A DNA stretch of 64,000 nucleotides, from contig NC_043022.1 in the NCBI RefSeq assembly GCF_006345805.1, positions 17,732,001 through 17,796,000 on the forward strand, written 5' to 3'. The notes under the pieces are model-generated. The model had not been told where the DNA came from and did not search any database. It saw only the letters and a program-made list of their open reading frames with translations. This stretch comes from Octopus sinensis. Lineage: Eukaryota. Position numbers and translations under genes: made by a program. This document shows positions 11,632 to 24,146 of the stretch, piece after piece. Numbering within the stretch: position 1 is the stretch's first letter; each line of letters starts with the position of its first letter.

Positions 11632-13820
11632 TGGTTCCACATTGCAGTCTTAATTCAATGTGTGTATAGCTATACCTTTGTCTGTTTGTCTCTCCAGTGT
11701 ATGTGTGTGTGTGTACGTGCATACACACACACACACATCCATCTACTAAGCCAAGTGAGATTAATACACACTTAGTTCTTTGTATTCTTCCTTTATGCCT
11801 TGTTGCCAGACTACAACAGTTGCTGGTCTGATATGTTAGTGACCCTATTGGTAGCAACGCTGAACAGAAGCTGGCTTTCCTTCTTTCTAAAAAGCATAAT
11901 TTTCTGCAAGCAAATGGTTCCATCCATTTTAATTATTGTGATGAGGAAGGGCAATTATCTCTCACTTGGCTACTTCATAGCAACAATAATTATTACAATC
12001 CAGTCATCGAATTGTATTTACTTCAGAGCAATAAACACAATGAAACTCTTTAAATGTCCAATCCTATTTTGATGTGAACTTATTTTACATCAGAAACTCA
12101 TAATAAGGATCATTATTTAATAATAGTTTCTATATTCTGTGGGGATGAGATTGTCAGTCAAGGGAACAAATTTATTTGTATTTTTCCTTTTTATTTTTAT
12201 TTTCTTATTTATTGTTGATATTTTCTTGGTTTTCCTTAAAATCTTTTTATCCTGGTTTCTTTGTTCTTCTTTCTTTCATTGCAATTCTTTTCTTCTGTTA
12301 TTTATTTACCATCTCTTTCTTCTCATCTTCTAAGTCTCTCACACTTGTTGATAACAAAGGTTATAGTTTGCCTTTCAGCAAACAGAAATATAACCCCAGG
12401 AGGTGGTATGCATTGGCCAAAATTATTTAGAAAACTTTGTACATTTGGATGAATTTGTAGACCAATGGGAGACAAGAATCCCGATGAGAAAAAATGTTTA
12501 TAATAAAACTGAATTTAAATCTTAAATATTTATGGAGAGAGATTTTGTTTACTAAATGCAGAGATAATGTTGGTTAATGAAAGTTTCAGCCCTCTCTATT
12601 ACATATGTGACCCTACCATATTTGCATTTAGTATGCAGTGCCCCCCTACCCCCATACCTCTCCTGAAGTATTTCTTGCTTTATTATTGAGAATACAGTCT
12701 TGAAGGATGTGCTGAGGAAGATACAAGAAGGTGGGTGGGGGGTGGATGGAGGTAACCAATTAAAAAGTGTGAATGTAAGGTTAGTAGCCAGATTGGCCAG
12801 GTACATACACATATACATTGATACACATACACATTGACCTATGTTTCTCACAGTAAACTTATCCGTTGATGTGGTTTTATTTAAGGAATTACTTGATGAC
12901 AGAATCGGTAGAGCAGTGATCAAAATACTTTGCAGTTCATCGCTTTAGTTTTTAGTTTCAAATCCTGCCAACATTGATTTTGCTTTCCATTCTTCCAGGG
13001 TTGATAAAAATCAATGATATATTGGGTTAGGCTTTTAGTCTTGAACCAAAATTCTAAGCCATTATTATGGCAGTTTTATTAGAGCAATGTGAATTTTCTG
13101 AGTTATTTAATCAAAAAAAATGCTTGGAAAGGCCTCCAGCTGTAAACACTGACGTTGCCTGTGCTGGTGCTACATGAAATGCACTCAGTCCACTCTGCAG
13201 GGTGGTTGGTGTCAGGAAGGGCATCTGACCATGAAAAACCCTGCCAAAACAGACACAAAAGTCTGGCAACCCCCTGTCAAACCATCCAATCCATGCCAGC
13301 ATGGAAGGGAGACATTAAACGATGATGATAATTGCTTTGAATCAATCATTCATTATCTTGTAGCTTTGAGATTTTGATGAGCTGTTAATTTTTAGAAAAA
13401 ATAGTGGGGTTGGTGTTAGAGGACAGATCTGCCCTGGTTGAACATAAAACAGAATATTTTGACCCGGATGTTACCATTTTAAATGCTAAAGGGTTAATTT
13501 TGTCTCTGTCAATGCCAGTGGTACTTTTCCTTGTTCTGGGGTCAATAAAATAAATATGACTGATGTCAATGTAATTTGTTGTCTTCTCCCTGAAAATATC
13601 ATTGTGAGGGGAGTTGATTGGCAGATGAGTGACGCATTGGCAAAATACCTGACAATATTTCTTCTAGTTCTTTATATTCTGAGTTCAAATGCCCTTGGAG
13701 TCACCTTTGCCTTTCATTCTTCTGGGGTCAATAAAGAACAGCACTGGTATTGACTAACCTTTGCCCCTAAATTCTTGGCCTTGTGCCTAAATTGGAAGCT
13801 ATTATTACCATTATTATTAT

Positions 13821-14266
13821 TTTTCCTTCAAATTTTCTTCCATTTCCTGCCGAGTGTTTTCCATACGCCTAGGGCAGAGAAGCTCATTGTATGCATTCCC
13901 AGATTACACATGCAAATTCACAGGTAAAATATGTATTTAAAAAATTAACAAATAAATTCATGAATGGATGTTTTCACAGCGATAATGTTCTTCTCAGTAC
14001 ATGAGTCGTTCCAGTTAACATGCTGTTCCTGTTGGGATGGTAAGCCTGGTATCATTTTCAAATAGGTTTCAGTACCTTTTTTTTATCATTCCTAGAGATC
14101 CTACAATCACTGGTACTGTAGTCGCTTTGAGATGCCACGTTTTTTCAATTTCTATTAGCAAGTCTTTATATTTATTAATCTTGTCATATTCTTTCGTATC
14201 TATATTGTGATCGCAAGGAATACTCTTGTCAATTAATAAACGCACCTTTTTTGTCTGATTCCGGTT
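13821..14266 (-). mobile_element. R4/Dong-clade non-LTR element 3' fragment (restriction-like endonuclease domain)
   Basis: LLIDKSIPCDHNIDTKEYDKINKYKDLLIEIEKTWHLKATTVPVIVGSLG; flanked on both sides by (TAA)n. Confidence 0.85.
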
Positions 14267-16224
14267 ATTATTATTATTATTATTTTTGGCATTGAGCTGG
14301 CAGAATTGTTGGCACATTGGGCAAAATGCTGAGCCACATTTACATTCTGAGTTGAAATTCCATTGTGGTCAACTTTGCCTTTCATCTTTTCAGGGTCAAT
14401 AAATTAAGTACCAGTCACACACTGGGGACAATGTAATCAACTAGTCCCCACCCCCAACATTTTAGGTCTTGTGCCTACATCAGAAAAAAATAATTATTTG
14501 TTGAATGGCTTTGTTGCTTGTTTGTTGGTTTTCTAAAAACTCGAGATCACATGCGATACTGAATGGGTTTTTCTTTTATGTGGGTTGTGTCTAACACAGA
14601 CACTTGTACTTTAAAAAAGATACAGAAAGAAATGGGATTTTCATAGCGAGATACATTTGTTAACATGAATGTTCATATCTTGCCACATCTAAGCGAGGTT
14701 AGCCAAAATTCTTTATGGAGAAAATAACAGCAGCATGTATTGCCAGCCCTTGGATAATAATGAAAAAAAGAAGGTAAATAGCAGGGCACAATTATATAAA
14801 GAACAAATGTTTCTTTACCTGAGATGTTAATCCAAGATCAAGAGAAAAGTTAATTAGCTCTGCTTTTTAAATGATGTGTAGAAGGATGTGATCAACTGAG
14901 ACAGGGTATTTAGAAGGGTTTACCTGATTTTTAAGATTGAGACAAAAGGTCAAGCTGGTGTGCCACACATCAGCCCATGAGGCCATACCATAATTTATTG
15001 GTCATAGTTGAGGACATTGGTAGTAAGGGCGCCTCTTGGTGGTATTGAGACCTGTGCTAAATGAAATTGATAATTAGTTGCAAGTTGGTTGTCTATATGG
15101 ATAAACACATCCTAATGGCCCCCAGAAACCTCAAGATCAGTTAATAAGTTCTGGTCATTTTATTAACCAGATTCTTTTTCCTAAAATTTGTGACTTTGTG
15201 CCAAAGTCAGAATTCATAATGAAATGATAGAATCAGGAATTGGGAGAAATCTTGGACTAACTCTATCTTTATATCTCTCAAATTTGTCTCTCATCATTCT
15301 AAAGGGATTCAGATCAATACCAGTTAAATATTGGGGTCAGCATAATCACTTTGAGGCCTTATGCCTATCTTATGTTATTTGAGACATTGACCTTGAAACG
15401 GCAACAACAACATCTATGGAAAATGCCAATAACTGAATCTGCTGATTGTCGTGCTTTAAACAAATGTGGAATGTTTGACATCTTTGGCCTTGCTCTACTA
15501 AATTTGTTTTTTTGTCAGTCTGAGAACAAACCAGTTTCTAAGTCCACAACTATTGTAACTAAGATGAGTGTGTGCTGATGAGGAAAGAGGAGGCTGTGTG
15601 TTTGTGTAAACCTACTGAGTATTTTTAAAATATTTCCTCTCTTTATTTATGGAACATGTCACATGTGGCTGTGTACAGGTGAACACATAAAGATTAGACT
15701 GTTCTGGTGGGGGAGCTGGTAATAACTACCTTATCTGTTGGAAGTAGTTTATGAGAGTTACAACTGTCACACAGCACAGTGCTAGGCTGTTATTTCATAT
15801 TGGTTACTACTGTTTGCACACTCACACACATAACTATAGCAACTGGGGTTCAGAGTTGTAAGCAGACAGGTCAGTGTGCCGTCAGCTGCAGAGTTGACAG
15901 TCCATATCTCAACACACCAGCATTTTGCTGCTTGTCCATGATCAAAATACTTGGATATTTTGTGTTTATTAAGAGCTGAATTATTACGTGGCCCCCATTA
16001 CAACTCAGTTTTGCCATTCATCTCTAGTAGTGTGGAAGAGGTGAAGGTAAATTTCAAGTTTGAGGAATTGGAATTGAAAGACTGCTTTCTTTAGGGATCC
16101 TGAAAAATCCTTATTAAATAAGATGAGCCAAAGTGTGACATTGATGCAGTCATTTAATCTGCCACTAAAAACCTAAATCTCTCCCAACCTCAGGAATCTT
16201 TTTAAAAAGAGGAAGGCACAAGAA

Positions 16225-17117
16225 GTGTGGTAAGAAGTTTGCTTCCCAACCACATAGTTCCGGGTTCAGTTCCACTGCTTGGCACTTTGGGCAAGTGTCT
16301 TCTCCAATCGCCTTTGGCCGATCAAGGCATTGTGAAGGGATTTGGTAGAGGGGAAATTGAAAGAAGCCTGTCACACACACACGCACACATATATCTACTA
16401 CATATGTGGGAAATTCTGTCTGTGGGTGTGTTTGTGGGGTTGTTAGCTAACTCCTCCTACATCGTTTTATCGATTTTGATAAAACTTGACACGTGAGTAG
16501 AACTCATGTCTGGAAACCTCATGGCATGCTCAAATTGGCGAAAAAGACCTATAATAGGGCCCCTGGCCCTATTATATATTTTATTTTAAAAGCCAAGGGA
16601 ATTAACCCATTTACCCCTGGAAGGGATCCTTATATATAGCTTAGGGAAATAACCCATTCATTTTCCTAAATTATTTGGTATAAATCAAATTGGGTATGCT
16701 TATTTCTTAGTATTTGAACTGTTAGTTATTTTCACAATTTAACCAGTACAAGTATTTTCCTAAACAATAGATCCACTTATCGGTTAGTGACTTATTCATG
16801 AATATACCAACACTAGCGCCCCTGAGGGTAATATTCTCTGGGAACACATTAAAGCCCTTTTCAGGGCTACTTTATTTGAATTCTTACTATCAGGTAACTA
16901 ATTTCATGTTATTACATAACTGACTTCACAATTTAGGTATTCATAACTTATTGGGAATTCCTAAAAACAAGATCCTGTGTAAGACAGTTTGGTTTTTCTC
17001 TGTTAATGCACAAAAACCATTTAAGGGCTACATACTTTGAATTGTTGTTACTGGATTAGTGAAACAATTATGAGAATGGAACCAAGGGATATGCACTGCT
17101 TTCCTGGGTACGTCAGC

Positions 17118-17161
<44 letters not shown>

Positions 17162-17400
17162 ACACACACATGCGCATGCATATATCTGTGTGTATTTCCG
17201 TGGTCTGTGTCCTCCTGCCACCAGTTGAAAGCCAGTGTTTATGTCCCTGTAACTTAGTGGTTCAGCATAAACAACTGATAGAATAAGTATCAGGCTTCAA
17301 ATAAAGAAAAAGTACTGGAGTCGATTTATTCAGCTAAAAGTTCTTGAAGGTGGTGCCCCAGCATGGCCCCAGTCTAATGACTGAAACAAGTAAAAGATAA
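16225..17400 (+). repeat. SINE family A copy split by an unidentified ~720-bp insertion (~16400-17120)
   Basis: Head 16225-~16390 and tail ~17180-17400 flank the insert within the SINE's TA/CA microsatellite. Confidence 0.7.
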
Positions 17401-20041
17401 CATCAATGCTCACTGTGAGAAAACTTGGACGTTTGTCATTTGAACTTGCTTTGATCAGAGCTGATCTGGGACTAAACAACAACCGAGCAAGTTTATTATA
17501 AAACTGGATTGACCAGTGGCAGGATTAATCCTGCTCTTTCTCTCTGTCTCAATAGAAAGGAAATAGCTTCTGGACATTAAAGTTGGGAATGTTGAATAGC
17601 CTGATCAATCACTAATTGTCTTCTTCACAAATTGAGATTATCAAATGATTTACTAGTTTTCTGGTTTTGTCATTTCAGAAGTCAGTTATTGGTTCTTTTA
17701 TTGAATGCACTCAAATTATACATTGGCAGTTTTTTTTTTCTTTTTTTTCTTTAGGTTATACATTATTGTTGTCATGTTGTTGTTGTCATCATCATCTTAG
17801 CTTTTATTTGGCTTGGATCATTTTCATCTCTCAATTCACTATTGCCATCTTTGCCATTGTTATGATCATCATTATCATTTTTATCTGATGAATTTTCATC
17901 ATCATTATAATCATTGTCGTCATCATAAGATGCTGACAAGTTTGTTTATGGATCCTGTTGAAATAATCCTGACTTGTTTTTCTTTGTTGAATAATTCTGG
18001 ATCAGTCTCTTCTCCATTGTCTCTTCTAATGATTATTGTTAATGGATAACCTTTGGCCCCATTTTTAGAAATATTCTGATGAGAATGAGGTAAAGGGAGC
18101 GAGGATCTAAGCATAGAACAATAACATTTCTAGGGATTAGAACTTGTTAGGGGAATGCTTGTTTTCCTGTAAAGTCTAACACCAGTAAGGGAGCTTACTC
18201 TCTGTATGACTGCCAAAAATAGTAAAGGGTTGGTGCCTTAAGTTTAATTCCTGAATTTGTTAGTTCTGTGACTGTATCTATCCACTTGAAGGTTTGCTAA
18301 AGCTCTAGTTTTGTTACAAGATAAAACTTCACTCTATATAGGGTCTACTAGTCTATCATAGATAAAACTTCCAAGTGAGCTAGTGTCTTATTTTGACATG
18401 TAATTGAACAGGGGCTTTACAGAATGTGATCTGCCTAGAAACACAATATTAACTATCGTTTTTCAGGCAGATGGTGTCTTCATTTAATGCATTCTCTTAA
18501 TAAGTCTAGTCTTTTATTGCGTCCACTAGTGTACATTTTCTTAGTGATTCTCTCATCACTATCTCTGGTGGTATGATGAAGTCTCTGCTTAACTGATGAG
18601 GTCAGTAAAGTTGAAACATTCCCAGAGTTGTCTCCCATGCTTCCTGGAATATAAAAAAATTATTAGTCAATGTTTTTTTCTTTTCCCTTTCACTACATAA
18701 TTATTTGTAGTTAACCTTTCAATGCTTCCTTCATTAAACATACTGAAAATGTCTCTGAACTCTGTAGATTCAAAAAGAAATTTTAGTTTCCTACATTCAC
18801 CAGAGTACAAATGTGACTTCTTGCCAGCATATTTGGAGAAGCCTCAATATTATCTAGTGGTATTATTCTATGTGAAACCAGTGGTAACATTCCAGCTACT
18901 TATAGGATGCTAAAACTAGTGATATATTGTTTGACATATATAAAAAGAAAATCTGCTTTATTACTTGTGTGTGTGGTCAGGAGAATAAAAGATTCAGTTG
19001 TAGAGGAGACGGGTGCTGATTGAAATCTGATGATGATGGCCAGGAGTTGAAAACTAGTATTTTTGTTGGTTCATCAGGGCCCAGAATTACTAAGCCTGTA
19101 TCCTTAGGGGCTGGGATAACAGAAAACAGGGTCTCATGTGAGAAAGACAACATTGGAGCAATGACATCAGTGAATGTTTAGTTTCAGTGTGTGATGAGGA
19201 GCGGGGTGGTGGTGATCCCTTCAGTGTTGAAGCTGGGAATACTTGTACTTCTGTGTGTGTGTGTGTGTGTCTGTTAATGAAATGCAATTTCTAAATGAAT
19301 ATTGGCCAAAATTAAGTGGCAAATCTTTATGTCCCTTGCTCCCAATGTATTTACGGTCACCTCCATGACATTATTAGGGAGTGACCTGTGATCATTCTTC
19401 TTTTATTTTGTTTTCAAAATTATGTAAAAACTTAAGTGGAATTACAAAAGAAAGCTAAAGCGTTTAATGACATCATTTTTATTATGGGAATAACCTGCAA
19501 TATTCTTGTTTTGTTGTAGATAACTTGAAATTATGTAAAGACATTTAATGATCTTTTAGGATTGAAACCAGTAGGGAAGGACCTCTGCTTGCTGAAGACT
19601 GTATTTTCAAATTTGCACAAACATTAAATAATAATATATTTTGAAATTAGATAAAAACTTTTTATGCATTTTTTTAATATGTGGTGTGATTCATGTGGAT
19701 CTATGTATGTGTTTGCACGTATATGTGTGTGTGTGTGTATATATAAATGTGTGCATACATGCATGTGTTTGTGTATGTATATGTGTATATATATATATTT
19801 GTTAATTTTCTTTGTGTCTTTTATGAACTTTGACCTTTATTTATACAAATTTAAATAAATGTTGATCACCTTCACATATTATCAGTTTCCAATTACCTTT
19901 GTCTAAGTATGTCCTGGTTTTTGTCTTCTGTTGTACATAGTTTGTGTGTGTGTGTGTGTTTAAGCTTGCTCATGTGTATGTGTGAAATTGCAAGTGTGTG
20001 TGTACACGAATGTCTATGTTTGTGTGTCCATTCTACAAGCT

Positions 20042-20574
20042 CATCATCATCATCATTGTTCGACCGTGGTCGAGACAATGGAATTTACCATGCTACGCCA
20101 GACTTCACGGCCCATCATGGCATTACGGAGGTCCTGTTGCTGGATGCCTGTATCCCTGGAGAACGTGATCAGAGACAGGACTCGGCAAAGCAGGGGCTGG
20201 ACTTATATCCGCAGGTATACCATTAGGTCTGGTTCCCTGGGGAAGAGGAACCCTGGTGCAGTTAATTGTAAATTCCATAGTCTTTTCAAATGGCTAATAA
20301 TGTGTGCGCACGCCACTACTACACACATTGGAAAGCATTGTACAACCAAGTACTAAAGAAGATCTTTCCTCCTCCATGAAACAAAGCTGTTCCCGCTGGA
20401 TGTCAACCCAGTATTTCTAAGCTACGGACCGAGTGATTTATTGTAAGGTTATCTCCCTAGATAGATTGCCTTCACTACGGCTAAGGAGCCCTTTCTACCC
20501 CACTGACACAGGTTGTACTGGTTTACAGTTTACCAGTAGTAGGATCCGATGCTGCATACATCAGACCTGACCTG
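20042..20574 (-). mobile_element. Non-autonomous bipartite RTE-derived element (putative 5'UTR part plus ORF2 3' end)
   Basis: 7-bp TSD ACAAGCT (20035-20041 / 20575-20581), (ATG)n tail; the 3' part encodes DTGIQQQDLRNAMMGREVWRSMV; CpG-rich. Confidence 0.75.
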
Positions 20575-20796
20575 ACAAGCTACCAGTTCAATCTACGTAG
20601 TGCTTAAAATGATGGCCATATATTCAAATTTATTTACGTGTGTGTGTGTCCATTTATATCTTGAATAAAAGCAGTTCTCTAAAATATTATTAACTTCACA
20701 TACTTGTTTTCACACCTGGTGCTTTGAGAGAGTATATACTCCACCAGGCTATTGCAGCCACTGGAAAATACATGAAGCAAATACATTAAGTATATG

Positions 20797-20837
<41 letters not shown>

Positions 20838-21250
20838 TTAAACATCTGGTTTTCTTACTGGCATGGGTAATATTGTTCAACAGGATCTGACAAGTCTTGG
20901 GACTATGTTGACCTCCAATGTCTGCTTTGGCATGGTCTTCAGTGGCTGGATTCCCTTCCTAACACCAACAGTTTTCCACCATGTCCTGGGTACTTTATTG
21001 TGGCACCAGTACTAGTGAGATTTCCAAGCAACTCACAAGGTAAACTGCCTCACTCTCTGCTACACCCTCACTCATAACTGAATGGCATTATTGTGGAGAG
21101 GGAGGTGTTTTTACATTCCTGCTCAGTTGTAGGGACCTATTTTGTCTTGCCAGTTATATATATATATATATAATATTCTTCTTTTACTAATTTGTTTGTT
21201 TCAGTTGTTTAACTGCAGTCATGTTGGAGCACTGCATTTTAGTTGTATTC

Positions 21251-21254
<4 letters not shown>

Positions 21255-21302
<48 letters not shown>
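21255..21302. repeat. (TA)n microsatellite
   Basis: Direct observation. Confidence 0.99.
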
Positions 21303-21309
<7 letters not shown>

Positions 21310-21862
21310 CAATCATCGTTTAACGTCTGCTTTCCATGCTAGCATGGGTTGGATGATTTGACAGAGGACTGGTGAACCAGATGGCTGCACCAGGCTCCAA
21401 TCTGATCTGGCAGAGTTTCTACAGCTGGATGCCCTTCCTAATGCCAACCACTCCGAGAGTATAGTGGGTGCTTTTACATGCCACCAGTACAAGGCACCAG
21501 TACATGCCACCAGTACAAATATACCTGTGTGTATATTTGTGCATGTTTGTATTTATCTCTCACCACTTGATAACTGGTGTCGGTTGGTTTACATCCCTGT
21601 GACTTAGCAATCCAGCAAAAAGAGGTTGAAAGAGGTGCAGCATATTTTCACCCCAGGATCCTAGAAATGTCCATCAGCATCATCATTGCTTGTGCAACAT
21701 GGTAACGTGACATTGTAGAGATTGGTGTCAACAGTTGTTTCCTTTGTTCTATGGTCTGCAAAGTGAGATGGCCAACAGCTGGTGTTGGTGGATGGAAATC
21801 GATGGGAGCCGTGCCCCACTTGATTTCCTTGCTGTCCTAGTTCTGTACAACATGCACACATG

Positions 21863-21908
<46 letters not shown>

Positions 21909-23508
21909 GATACACACACCCACACATACCCAAAACACTCTCTCACCCTCTAACATGCACTTACATATATACATACACATACACGTATACACACACGAGG
22001 TGAGGTGTGTGAGAGCAAATATCTCCTAATTGTTCTTTGTGGAGATGAATGTAAGTTAGGAGAAGGGGTGGAATATGAAATTAAATGCTGTTAATTAGTC
22101 AAGCATTAAACACACACACACACACACACATATGCACAAGTGTTACATACACAACACACACACCCATTATAATTAATTCATTTTTGCTGTTAATTGTACA
22201 ATAGAAAATTTGTTTGTGCGTGCCAAAGTGCCTTGTTTATTTATTTATGTCCATTTAAAGTCCAAACCTGAAGAGGGAAGTTGTATTCTGATCATAGATT
22301 TGTCTGATTGAAGTCAATCAACAACACACACACACACACACCTTCCCTTCAATCATTTATTACAAAGAAATCTGACACTGTTATCCATTAACTACACCCC
22401 ACCCCCAAACAAGCCCATAAACTAAGGAGACAAGCTTTATGTGGTTGTTGACATGCTAGAATTAGCAGCCAAAGTTTCCACAAATCATATTGTATTGTTT
22501 CATAAATAGCTGTTTTACATGGTCATGGTTGGAACTTCTTTGATCATAGTCCACTGGATCAGAGTGGACTTTTTCAGTTTCCATCTATCACATCTACTCA
22601 CAAGGTTTTGGTTGGTAGAAGACACTTGCCCAAGGTGTCATGCAGTGGAACTGAACCCAGAATCATGTGGGTGTGAAGCAAACTTCTTACGTGCTTGTAG
22701 TTAAACTGACCTGGAAATTGGAGTGAAAGATTGACCCAGGACTTTGTACAGGGGTCCTAAAAGTTGAGTAGGTAGTGAAACAAACTAGCTCAAACAATTA
22801 AAAGAGGCAAGTCACCATATCTTTTAATTGTTATGTAGTTTATTGTCTCTAAATGATTTAATTGTCTAATAAACAACAATGTACAATGGTTGGAGAGAAT
22901 TAAAGCCAACGTGTGCGCATGCACACACACACAGTATATAATAAACAAGCTGTTACCATTTATTTATTTAATATCTTGATCATTTTTCTGCTGCAGTTGT
23001 ACGTGGAATGTCTCTACTTACCCCCCCCCCACTCGTATTGATTAGTGATCCTGTGCTGAGGGTGTGTCACTTTTTCAGTAAATCCCCTGCCTGACCAGTG
23101 GTTCAAACCTTGCCTCTTCCCATGTTTATCATCCCTAGTAGAACATTTAAAAAGTCTCTGGGTCTGTCTGTTGAAGAGTTTCAAACATGTCCTTGCATGA
23201 CAAGTGTTTCTATCTGAAATTGCTTGCAGAGGCTAAAGTGATCGCAGCAGAGAAGCCATAAACTCGGCCATTCACAAACACACAAACGCCTTCAAATTCG
23301 CTCAAACATTTGTTTGTTTTGTGGTCTCAATATTTTCTTTGGTTGAAACGGCAACAACAAATTTTGACACCATTTGACAAACAAATGTTTAAGCGGAGTT
23401 TCAGATCTTTGTGTTTCTGAATGGCTAACTTCTGTCTTCCATGCTGTAATCACTATTTAAGAATTGGATGTCTATATATGCTTGCACACCTGCACTATTA
23501 ACCATACA

Positions 23509-23542
<34 letters not shown>

Positions 23543-24115
23543 CAGACAGTGAGCAGATGAATTTATGCATTAACGACAATATTTCTAATCTTATTCTAAA
23601 ATATTTTTGATGCTTGTTAAGCTTATCTCTACAGATTTCCTATATACAGGTCTTTAATTTTGGGGCTATAACCATTGCCTTGCCACTAGAATAAGCCTTA
23701 AAGGGTAACAACTAAAGGAGTGCTATGTTTGAGCTAGTTCGCTCCACCAGCCAAGCCATCACCACTACCAACATAGCTGCCAGAGCTATGGCAATAGTTG
23801 TGACAGTAATGTTGTGCTAGCTGCTCTTTGGCCGAGCACAAGCCAATGGATATCTCTGGCTTAACTTCACATGGCTGCTCATCCTCCTCTTTTATGCCTG
23901 TTTTCTCCATATTGGCAGGGCTTCTTGAGGCAGTCAATATTCTACACCCATCTGCCCCACTTGCTGTTGTCAGTCCTTGTTTGTCAAGTAAAGTATTTCT
24001 CTTCTCTTCTCATGTCAGAACCACTGAGCTACAGGATGTATTTATAGGAATGTTAACAAACCATCACTGTTTGCTCAAGTGAATGTGTCACTGTGGAGAT
24101 ATGTAGAGAAACACA

Positions 24116-24146
<31 letters not shown>

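Noticed and set aside
15030-15042. CTCF-like motif CGCCTCTTGGTGG
   Set aside because: Two mismatches in the core, and a single short match is expected by chance in 64 kb.
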